A stretch of 64,000 nt of DNA, taken from NCBI RefSeq assembly GCF_009914755.1, contig NC_060942.1, one strand, 5' to 3'. Origin of the DNA: the human T2T-CHM13v2.0 reference genome, Homo sapiens. Position 1 is the stretch's first letter. Each line of letters starts with the position of its first letter. Of this stretch, positions 53,434-64,000 are shown one piece after another. Both the position numbers and the translations under genes were made by a program. The notes beneath the pieces are model-generated. The model was not told where the DNA came from and made no database searches. It saw only the letters and a program-made list of their open reading frames with translations.

Positions 53434-55599
53434 GCCCAGAGGAAGGAGAAGTAGGGAAGGGAAGAGGTGAGATGAGGAAAATGAGCGGTGCTTATTCTGT
53501 AGCTGGGTTCACAGAGATAGGGAGCTACTCAATTACTTTTCAAAGTCCCAAAGTGTCCCCAGCCAGGAAGAGGGCTCCACGATGTTTCCCTCATGGGTCA
53601 GCCAGGTGCTCTCCCTTTGGGGTGAGTGCCACATAGGTGTGAGGTGCTTACCATGCCCACTGGTCCACTCAGCCTATGGCCATGGGTGCCAGTGACAAAG
53701 TCACAGCTCTGCCAAGCCCCAAACTAAGTACCTAATCACTCGTGAGGAGTGGAGGCCAGAAGTCCCACGGGAGGAATGTCTTTGTGAGCATCATGGTGGA
53801 TGCTCCCCTTGGGTCCTTGTCCCTGCACATGAAGAAATTTCCAGGAAGGTTCAGGAATAGATTTTGAATGGTCATATGCAATCCCAAAGACCCTGCCCTT
53901 TGGACAGGAGTTGGTGTGTATTAAGGCAGCCTGTCAGGAACATGCATTACCAACTCTTATGCTTTTGTATTAAGCATTATGTTTCATCTTTACAGTCAGA
54001 TTAATGGAGATTAGTGATTCCACTTAAGAGTTTAAACATCGTGCTGACCCAAATTGTTGGAGCCATCATAACATGGGGCTCTATGTTCAAGGACTGGACC
54101 AGCTGGTAGTGGAGTGGGGGAGGGGGAGGTCTGTATATTTTGCAAAGTGATTTTATTTTTCTGTGTAAGAAAGCTGGGGTGTCTCTTTATACATAATGCA
54201 TATGTGATCCTCCCCTGACTTTCTGCACACTTAAATGCTCATCAGGCCAGTCTGATGATATTCCTTTGCTAAGAGGACACTTAATAATCAACGGTCACTC
54301 ACACTTGGCTTCTGTGGGTGGAACCCAGTCCCTAAAGTCTCCAATGGTTTCATTAATGTATTTTATCCGTTCGAAGGATAAAAATAAATCTCTCAAAGGC
54401 TCTTAGAAACCTGCCACCCTGGATGTAGGAGGAAAAAAGAGGGCGGCTGTTAATTAATAAACTTAAACCATCTCCGCAGGAGTACACAGCTGTGATCCAG
54501 AGAACATAGGAAGCAAGCTCAGCCTTCCTGTCAGTTATGAGTTACTTTTTATTCATTGGACAGACATAGTAACTCTGTGCCTATTATAAAGAAATCAGTT
54601 GCAAATTTTGCTTTCAAGTGAAGTGTTTTGTTTTCTCAGCAAGCATACTCAGGGCAGGTAAAATATCCTTTTACATATTCTCAAAAGGGAAGAACTTGGA
54701 AACAGTCAAAGCCTATTTGGAACCAAATCTGGTGAATAAGATGTGTGATCAAGCTGGGGAAGGGCATGTTAGGCCAGAGACAAGGTAATGAGACAGTTTC
54801 TTGGTGTGGCCAGCCAGACCCAAACACTGGCTTTGTCACAGAGATTTACAGTTCCTAAGTGCTTTCATCTGCACTGTCTTATACTATTATGACAATAATC
54901 CTTGAGAGAGGCAGGGCTGGCATTTTCACAAAATTATAAGTCAAGCCATGACTCAAAATAGGTGAGCCACACTTTGCTGAAGTGAAAGTTCTGGGACACT
55001 GTAGCAGATTACTTCTTCAGAAGTCCTGGCCACTAGTCAGCAGTGTGCTTTTGGAGCAATTCCTTTCCTTTGCAGAACTTCTGTTTTCTCATAATGTAAA
55101 AGTGAGGGTGAATCATTTTTTCCCAATCTAATTCTATGATTCTATGAAATCTAGGCTACACCAGTATGTCCAGGACCTCTCCATAAACATAAGCAGAGTG
55201 GCCATTAGGAGCATGCGGGTGGGGCTTCATCTTCTGCTTTGCCGACAGCACAAGGTCAGGTTGAAAATGGGCTCTGCTGCACAGTCCATGGTGGAATCCA
55301 ACAGGACCACACCAATGACCAGCAAATCTGCACGCTTACCCATGTGTCTGCACCCATCCTCCTCCAGTGGAAGACACATCCAACCCATCAAATGAGTGCA
55401 ACTCAGCCTCTTGCTTTTCAGGGCCTCATTCATTTGTTCCCCACTGCCCATCTCCCTCTTTCTGCACACCCTCACATTCTCCTCTCCCTCTACTGGTTCC
55501 TTCTCACCCACAAGTGAACAACCTGCTCAAGTCTCTGCCATTTCTTTTATTTAAAAAAAAATAGAAAGTGGAGATGAATAAAACAACGTGTCCAACACC

Positions 55600-56475
55600 A
55601 GAATGAAGTTTTAATATTTGCTAATCTTTATTATTATTCTGTCCTTACCACCCCCACCCCTTCACCTTCCTTTCTTCCTCCCCAGAGGCAGGCAAACATT
55701 GAATTTGGCATGTATCCTTCAAGTCCATGGTTTCATACTTTATTATATACATGTGAATAATATATGGTATGGTCTTGTGTGCTTTTGGACCAATCGACGA
55801 AAATGTTTTCCTACTATTTGTGTCATTTATTATTGATATGTTTGGACTTGTTTCTATTACTGTAATGCCCTCTGGTATCTCTTGTTGCTAATGAGAAGTC
55901 TGCTCTTAATCTAATTGTCATTTCTTTTTCAGTAATCAGTTTTTGTTTTCTGATAGCTTTTAAGATTTCCTCTTTTTCCTTGATGGTTTGTAGATTAGCT
56001 ACAATGTATATAGTGAATGAATTTGTTTTTATTTATTCTGCTTGGTATTTACTTATCTGAAGACCAATATCTTTCTTCAATCAGGGAGACATTGTAAACC
56101 ACTATTTCTTTGAACATTTTTCCCTTCACCATTAATTATCTGTGTTTGGAACTCCTCTTTTTCACACTAAAATTATCTTTATTGTTTTATGTTGGGTGAA
56201 TACCTTAGTGCAACTTTTCAGTTCACTAATTCTTTATTTGACAGTGTCCTGTTTAGAATTATCCTGATTCTTGGGTTAATTTCAGTGACTGTCTTTTTTC
56301 TCCAGCACTGCTTCTTGATATTTTTGTTTCATAATCTATTTTTAACAGCTTTACTGAGATATAATTCACATACCATGCAGTCCACTCATTTAAGGTGCAT
56401 AATTCAATGGATATTGGTATAATACATAATTTTTAAAAAAGTGTGGTAAAATATGCATAGCACAAAAATTTCCCT
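55600..56475 (-). mobile_element. Ancient L1M fragments
   Basis: T-rich L1-like sequence; acagctttactgagatataattcacataccat is an L1M terminus. Confidence 0.55.
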
Positions 56476-57142
56476 TGTAGGGGTGACAGAAAGTAAAGAG
56501 TTGGGGGGCAAGAGCATGCCAACATTTAAAAGAGGATTCAGGGCTATGCCTTTCCCAGAAGAAAAGGTTGGGTCAAATCCCAGAAGAAGATGGTGGAGTT
56601 AGCTATGGAGATCCCAAAAAATAAGACCATGGGCAGAAGAATGTGTGGGACAGCCATTTTCCACTTTGAGCACCATTGGTATCCCATGAAGGGCTATGTA
56701 AACACAGGGATGTTGATGCCATTGGTTCTGGATGAGCTTTGGGAACCACTGGGCAGAAGAAAGGCTCAGAGTCTGCCTCACATCTTCCAGAAACTCTCAG
56801 GAGGTCACTGTGGCTGGAGTCAACAGTGCAAGGAGAGAAATGGAGGTTGAGAGGCTCCTGGTGGCCAGGCCCTGCAGGGCTGGGTAGACTTTAGTCCATG
56901 GAGGAGGCAGTGTAAAGTCTTTGGTGGTTGACAGGATATCCTGTGGGTTCCAAGGGCTGTCTTTGGTGTCTGTTGGCAGCCAGACTGTTGCCAGACTGTC
57001 AGGAGCATAGATCTTTTAGAAGGCAATGATGGATGGTGTTGATTTGAACTGAGGAGGTCTCAGTGAGATGGTGAGTGGTCGGATTCTAGGTCTGGAAGTT
57101 GAACCCAAAGGAGTCCCCACAAGAACAAATGCAGGCTGTAGT

Positions 57143-57495
57143 TGTACCAGTTTGCCAGAGCTGCCATAACAAAATACCACAGACTGAGTGGCTTATACAA
57201 TATAAATTAATTTTCTTATAGTTCTGGAGGCTAGAAGTCTAAGGTCAGTGTTGGTTTCTCCTGAGGCCTTACTTTCTCCTTGGCTTGTGGACAGCCATCT
57301 TCTTCGTGTGTCCTCACGTGCACATCTCTCTGTGTGTGTCAGTGTCCTAATCACAGGACACAGGGATACCAGTCCTGTTGGATCAGGGCCCACCCATAGG
57401 ACCTCATTTTACCTGAATCCCCTTTTTAAAGACCCATCTCCAAACACAGTCACATTCTAAAGTCTGTGGGTTAGAACTTCAATATGGGAGTTTTT
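57143..57495 (-). mobile_element. MLT1 (B/C-like) LTR
   Basis: gctgccataacaaaataccacagactgagtggctta...agttctggaggctagaagtc...agtcacattct. Confidence 0.8.
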
Positions 57496-57504
57496 CATTG
57501 CGGT

Positions 57505-57735
57505 AAATATGTGTGTATATACGTATGTGTGTCCACATACATATATACACACACACAAATTTATATATCATATATGTGATTTATACTTTTATATTTACCT
57601 AACAAATGATAACGCAAGTTATATTAAATACATATTCTTTACATTTATATATTTACATAATATATTAAATATATTTATGTATTAAATATATATCTATATA
57701 TAATACATTAAAAATGTATTATACATTACTTACAT
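57505..57735. repeat. AT-rich/(TA)n low-complexity region
   Basis: Direct reading. Confidence 0.8.
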
Positions 57736-57739
57736 GCCA

Positions 57740-59000
57740 CAAAATTCACTATTTTGACCATTAATACATTTTCATTGTCATTAAATGTACAATCCAGTGG
57801 CATTATGTTTACAATGTTATGTGCCCATCACCACCATCTATTTCCAAAACTTTTTCATTACCCCAAACAGAAACTTTGTACACGTTAAATAACTCCTCAT
57901 TCTCCTTTTCCTCCTGCTCCTGAAAACCTTTCATCTATTTTTTGTCTCTACTAATTTGCCTATTCTAGATATGTCTTATAAATGGAGTCATACACATTTG
58001 TTCTTTTGTGTCTGGCTTATTTCACTTAGCATAATTTAAGGCTTATTCATATTGGAGCATGCATCATCATTCCTGTTTTATGCTGAAGAATATTCCATTG
58101 TATGTATCTATCATATTTTGCTTAACCACTCATATGTTGATGGACACTTGGGTTATGGTGAATAATGCTGCAGTGAATAGTGGTATACAAACATGTGCTC
58201 CAGTATCTGCTCTCAATTCCTTCCGGTATATACCTAGGGGTAGGATTTCTGGGTCATATGTTAATTCTATGTTTAGACTTTTGAGGACCCACCAAACTGC
58301 TTTCCATAGTGGTTACGCCATTTTATATTCCCATCAGCATTGCTTGAAGATTCCCATTTTTCCACATCTTTGTCAATACTTGTTATTTTCCACTAAAAAA
58401 AAAAAATCCAGCTATCCTAGTAGGTATGAATTGGTATCTCAGTGTGGTTTTGATTTGTTATTAACCGGATGTTTGTGAGCACTGCACCCCACCTCCCCAC
58501 CACCTCTGACCCCTCAAGCCCTAACCCTCAGTGTGGTGGCATTTGGAAATAGGGCCTCTAAGGAAATGATTAAGGCTAAGTAGGGCTGTAAGGGTGAGGC
58601 CCTGCTCCTCTAGGATTAGTGTCCTTATAAGAAGGGATACCAGAGAGCTCATTTTTATCTCTCTCCATGCATGCATGGAGGAAACGCCAGGTGAGGACAC
58701 AGAAAAGACAGCCATCTATGAGCCAGGAAGAGGGCCCTCACCAGAGCCCAGCCCTGCTGTACCCTGATCTCAGACTTCCAGCTTCCAGAACCGTGAGAAA
58801 ACATATTTCTGTTGTATAAGGCACCCAGTTTGTGATATTTTATTATGTTACCCCTAACAGATGAATACAATTTGCATTTTCCCAATGACTAACATGGAGC
58901 ATCTTTTCATGAGCTTATTGGCTATTTGTATATTTCTTTGAAGGAATGTCAGCCCAAATGGCCCACTTTGAAATTAGATTGTCTTTTTGTTGAGTTGTAG
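57740..59000 (-). mobile_element. L1MB-type 3' fragment, interrupted by MLT1A
   Basis: L1 sequence tgtggttttgatttg|cattttcccaatgactaa resumes after the LTR. Confidence 0.8.
58458..58869 (+). mobile_element. MLT1A-like solo LTR
   Basis: ggattagtgtccttataagaag, agggccctcaccagag, gacttccagcttccagaaccgtgag; perfect 5-bp TSD atttg at 58453-58457 and 58870-58874. Confidence 0.88.
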
Positions 59001-59984
59001 GAGTTACTGTTTTTTGTTTCATAGTTTCTTGTCCTTTTATTATAGATTTGTTATAGATGTTACTTCTTTTTCTCCTCCAAATCATTGCTGATTCTACCCT
59101 CCTGGTGCATCCTGGATGCTGTTGTTGATGTCCAACAGCAATCATCTCTCCTTTCCTCCACCAGTCCTCTGTTCTTACCTATTGTCTCTCTTCCTTGAAT
59201 CCATTCTCCACACCAAAACAGAATATCAAATCTATCATGTTGCTGTTCTGTCACTACTCTGCTCAAAGGCATTCAGTTGATCTCCAATTCTTTTCAGTAA
59301 GTTTTGAATTCCTGTACATGGCTTTTAAGGGCCTCCGTAATTTGCCTTCTATATACCTCTACCCTTCCAGCCTCATTTCTTGTTATTCTCCCTCTGAAAA
59401 TCTAGAACATGTCTCTGAGTCTCTCTCTACAAGGCTTTGCGTAGAAAGCTCTGTTTGTACTGTTTTGTAAGAAATTACCAAATTGTCTTTCTTGCTCATC
59501 TGTGGCTTTGCAATAGAAGAGGTCCCTCTACTTTTCTATGACCTCCTTCATAAAGCACCCCAGATGCCCCCATGACAGTACTTATCACATTTGGTTATCA
59601 TTGCCTGCTAAATTGCCTCTCTTCCCCAGGTCAGAGCAAGAGTCTGTCCTCTTCTTCAATGTGTCCCCAGCATTTAGCACAATATTTGGTACATAGATAC
59701 CCAGTGCTTATTATTATCATTAGTGGTATTATTCCCACCCCATTGAATATTCCTTTTTTTTTTTTTAACTTAATGTGTCTGGCAACGTGTAGCCTCTGTG
59801 CCTTTGTTCCTGTTATTCTTCTGATGGGATGTCCCTCTTCATTTACAATTTTCTCCCTAACATTTGATTATGACAGTTTTCAAGCACATAAAAAATGGAA
59901 AGGATACTAGTTGATTCCTATTCTTCACTATCTACATGCTACAATTAGTATTTTATTTGACTTAACATGTGTATTACATCTATC

Positions 59985-60281
59985 TTTTTTTTTTTTTTTT
60001 TTTGAGGCAGCATCTCACTGTCACCCACACTGGAGTGCAGTGGTATGATCATGGCTGATACAGCCTCAAACTCCTGGTTTCAAGCAATCCCTCTGCCCCA
60101 GTCTCCCAAGTAGTGGAAACTAAAGGCAGGCACTATGACACCTGGCTATTCTTTTTTCTTTTATAGAAACAGGGTCTTGCTATGTTGCCCAGGCTAGTCT
60201 AGAACTCCTGGCCTCAAGCAATCCTCCTGCCTAGGCCTCCCAAAACATTGAGATTACATGTGTAAGCCACTACACCTGGCC
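59985..60281 (-). mobile_element. Alu (J-like, diverged)
   Basis: Poly-T followed by gaggcagcatctcactgtcaccc...ctcaagcaatcctcctgcc...cctggcc. Confidence 0.93.
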
Positions 60282-60389
60282 TATCCATTCATTAATTCAT
60301 ACTTGCTTGGGGAGTGTATTTCAAAGCAAGTTTCAGACTTCAGTATACTTCTAACCTAACCATTGCAGCATGCATGCCACTTATTTATG

Positions 60390-61860
60390 TTTTTAGATAG
60401 AATTTACATACAATAAAATGAACAAATCTTAAATGTATCATCTTATGACTGTTACCAATGCTTACAACTGGGTATTCCAAACCCCTATCAAGAGCTATAG
60501 CATTGTTACTAACCCAGAAAGTGTTCTCAGACCACTTCCTGCACTGCCTCCAGCAACTCCCAGGCCAACCATGGACAACGGTTTTTCTGATTTTTTTCCT
60601 CCATGGATTAAATTAGTTTTGTGTGTTCTGGAACTTCATTCTTTTATTAAGATCTTTTTATTTCCCTCTATATAATGTTATTGAGATTCATCCATGTTGC
60701 TGCATGCATCAATATGTTTTTTTTTGTTATTGTTACTTGTTTTTTCCTTTGTTGTTGTTTTCCATTGTATGACTACAGCACAGTTGGCTATTCATTCTCC
60801 TCTTGGTGGACATCTGGGCTCTTTCTAGTTTTTGACTACTATGAATAAATTCTTGTACAAGTCTTTTTGTGGACATGTTTCCATTTCTCTTGGGTAGGTA
60901 TCTGGGAGTGAATTTCTGGGGCATGTGATAGGATTGTTTTGTTTTGTAACTGCCAAACTGTTTTCCAAAGTGGTTGTACCATCCTCCATTCTCACCAATG
61001 ACATGTGAGAGTTTTGGCTGTTCCATATCATTGTCAACATTTGGTGTTGTCAGTCTCTAATTCTAACTATTCTGGTGAGTATATAAGTAGTATCATATTG
61101 TGGCTTTAATTTGTTTCCCTGATGACCAAATGATGTTGAGAATTTCTTCACGTGCTTATTAGCCATTGGTATACCTTCTTTTGTGAAGTCTCTGTTGAAA
61201 TATTTTGCCTATTTTTGAAAGTCAGTTTTAATGAGGCATAATTTACATACAGTAAAAAATCATCTCTTGTAGGTATATTTTCTAAGAATTTTGCAAATAT
61301 CTATAGTCATACAATTACCACAATCAAGATATAGGACATTTCTGTCACTGCAACAGTGTCCTTGCACCCTATATAGTCTATACTCACCCCTTTCCACTTG
61401 TAACCACTGATCTATTTTCTGTCCCTAAAGTTGTGCCTTTTCCAGAATGTCATACAAATGAAATCAAATGGTATGTAGGCCTTACAGTCCCATTTTAATT
61501 TGGTTGTTTGTCATCTTATTGAGTTGTAGGAGTGGGTATATATTCTGGATGCCAGCCTTTCATCAGACATGTGTCTGATGAATATTTTATTTCAGAGTGT
61601 GATTTGCCTATTCTTTTTTAGTGGTATTCTTGGTAAGCAGAAATGCTAAATTTTGGTAAGTTCCAATTTGTCAGTTCTTAAATTTGATAGTTATTGTTTT
61701 CTGTGCTATGTGTAAGAAAACTGACTGTCCACCATAGAAGAGATTTTTCTATGCTTTCTTCCTGAAACTTTGTTTTAACTTTTTATATTTAGTTCAATGA
61801 TCCATCTCAAATTAATTTCTGTGTATGGTGTGAGATAGGGGTCAAGGTTATTTTTTTCCC
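60390..61860 (-). mobile_element. Old L1M fragments (a nested 3' end at ~61220-61480)
   Basis: gagattcatccatgttgc, ttttccaaagtggttgtaccat, tcacgtgcttattagccatt, tgtgtatggtgtgagatagggg. Confidence 0.75.
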
Positions 61861-62533
61861 TAGCCCCCTCAGTCAAAAACTAACCTCTCCCAGTTCTCCC
61901 ATAGCATGTTATGTACTGGGGGTAGACACTCATCATTTCCATCTTCTGTTATGTACTTTTTATTTTTTGTGGACTCATTGTTTCTTCAATTGGACTGAAA
62001 GTTTCTCGGGCAAGGGTCACATATTTTATGTAAAGAAGCAGATAGAGTAGTGCTAATGAAATATGTTTTGGGGTCTGGTGGAACCAGGATTGAAAGCAGG
62101 TGCTATCACTTGCCAGCTGTGTAAACCTGAGCAAGTCTTAGAATGCACGTAGGGGCTACTGTATGCCTGGCATGAGGCTAGGAAAGAGGTCATAAAGGTG
62201 AATGCAGCTCAGGCAGGTCTTGAGGGGCCCCACTCGTGTGTAGGGGGTATGGAAAAAGTAATTATTAAACAATGATCCAAATGCTGTGACAGAAATATGA
62301 ATAGGTGGTTAAGGGATCAGAGAGGGTGGGGAATGGCTTCCTGATAGAGGTGAAGCTCACCTTGAATTTCAGTGGATGAGAAGGGTTAGCCAGGCAAAGG
62401 TAGATGAGACAGGGATTCCCTGGTGGGGACAGCAGCAAGAGCCGAGGAACTGAAGTGAGTTTCCTTGATGGAAACAAACAAATTACACTTCATGGAGTTG
62501 TTGTGAGAACATTATGAGCTAACAAACGTGGCG

Positions 62534-62648
62534 TAAGGTTGCACTGTTTGAGACATATTAATACTAAAAAAAGTACGTATTGTTTATATGAAATTCAAAT
62601 TTAACTGGGCATCTTGTATTTTTATTTGCTAGATCTGGCAAGCCTAAC
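62534..62648. mobile_element. MER53-like hAT MITE (internally deleted)
   Basis: Ends taaggttgc / ctggcaagccta; gaaattcaaatttaactggg; TSD-like acgtggcg / acgtgatg. Confidence 0.6.
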
Positions 62649-64000
62649 GTGATGGCACTCAGCACAGTACCTGATACATAGTTGGCACCCAAAAAGATAT
62701 ATGTTAAATTTAACTTTAAGCTGTTCTCCTCTGGAATAGAAGAGAAGGGATAAAACTGAGAGATAAAATCTGAAGAGGAGCAATAAAATAGAAAAGGCAG
62801 AATTTGGTGCTTGATATTATTGAAAATTTTCCTTTCAGCGGTGATGGCATTTCCTGGCAAGAATAAACTTTGTCTTTAAATAAGTCTCCCTTCATGGTTA
62901 GAAATGCTCCTGGAAAGAAATGAAGGAGTCCTTCCATGTGAGCAGTGGGTGTAGTTTCGGGGCCAGGGGACCAGAAGGAAAATATTGTGCATAGTTTTGC
63001 TCCAGGGCATGTCATGTAAATGTTCCTTCTTTCTTCCTTGTTGTCTCAGGAGTTCTGAAAATCCAGGTATTTCTTTTGCAGAAAACACTTGGGCACTGAA
63101 GTGCACCCCCCACCCCCTACCCCCGCCCCACAAATCTGTATGGCTTGGTTTCCCACCACACTCCAAACCTGGGCCCCCTTGGAAGTCTGAATCATCTTAC
63201 CCTACCTTGAGCCACCCTGAGGGCTCCGCTCCCAGGACCATGCCTCCTGACCCACTGTCGGAGGGGAGTCAGGGCGCTCCCAGCCTTAGGTGATATGGCT
63301 GCGTCTAGATGTGCTTAACAAATTGCCTGTTCACTCAAGTACATTTTATTTAATCATCTGTAATCATATAAATTATGCCTGATGGTAGTAAATGTTCATG
63401 TCAGTTCCTAATTACAGATTGATTAATTGGCTGGGGTGATCTGTATTACTACTTATATAAGAATATATGAGGTTGATGATAAATTAGGGCTGGTAATCCG
63501 AGCCCAGGAACATGGAATATTTCCAACTGCATCCCCCTTTTTGGGAGTGGGGAAGCCATTGCCCTTTTCCTATCTTGTTCCTGTCAGAGGCTTCTGGGAG
63601 GGTTTCTCTTCTATGGATTGATTGATTTTGGCAACACTTGAGTCAAGAAATACTATATTATTTAGGTAATATACATAAGCGTTTGTGTAAAATTTTTGCC
63701 ATGCAGTGCTCCTTTTTGGCTGTAGCAGAGATGAATAATGACAAGCTCATTAAGTTCAGTTGGGCTCATTACAGCCTGCTGGGCCCAGAAAGTTCCAGGG
63801 GTTGGATTTGGCCTAGAGAGCAGGAATCCAGAGAATGAAGACACGAGGCATTTGATCAGTGTCTACAAAACCAGTCCTTATTAGGTGATTACGTCTTTTT
63901 GTTTCCTTAGAAGCTAGAGTGTTAAATGGTCCAGAATGTACCTTGCACTTTTTTATAGGAACATTAGACCTTGGTGGATGTCTTTCAGGCAACTTGCCTG

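Overview
This window is mammalian, primate-type genomic DNA (Alu, L1, L2, MIR, MaLR and ERV LTRs), not prokaryotic. It holds the 5' part of SKOR2 (SKI family transcriptional corepressor 2, also FUSSEL18/CORL2) on the minus strand; the locus is most likely human chr18q21, recognised from memory rather than searched. Visible gene structure: a probable non-coding exon 1 ending at 11660, a large GC-rich coding exon (9516-6857, ATG at 9469), and two small coding exons (5841-5778 and 5253-5179). The remaining exons lie off the left edge. The first ~26 kb is almost free of young transposons and has several CpG islands and homeodomain-motif clusters; 26-64 kb is repeat-rich. Nearly all other ORFs in the track are GC- or repeat-derived noise. 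I see no new protein-coding system. The best leads are regulatory: (i) uORFs in the proximal SKOR2 leader versus a possible ATG-free leader from a distal, apparently bidirectional CpG-island promoter at ~21.4 kb; (ii) all 8 Alus sharing one orientation downstream of that island; (iii) a truncated LTR7 with a repair-scar junction; (iv) an A26 tract directly after a splice donor; (v) perfect hairpins. Repeat family names and repeat boundaries were called by eye and need RepeatMasker/Dfam confirmation.
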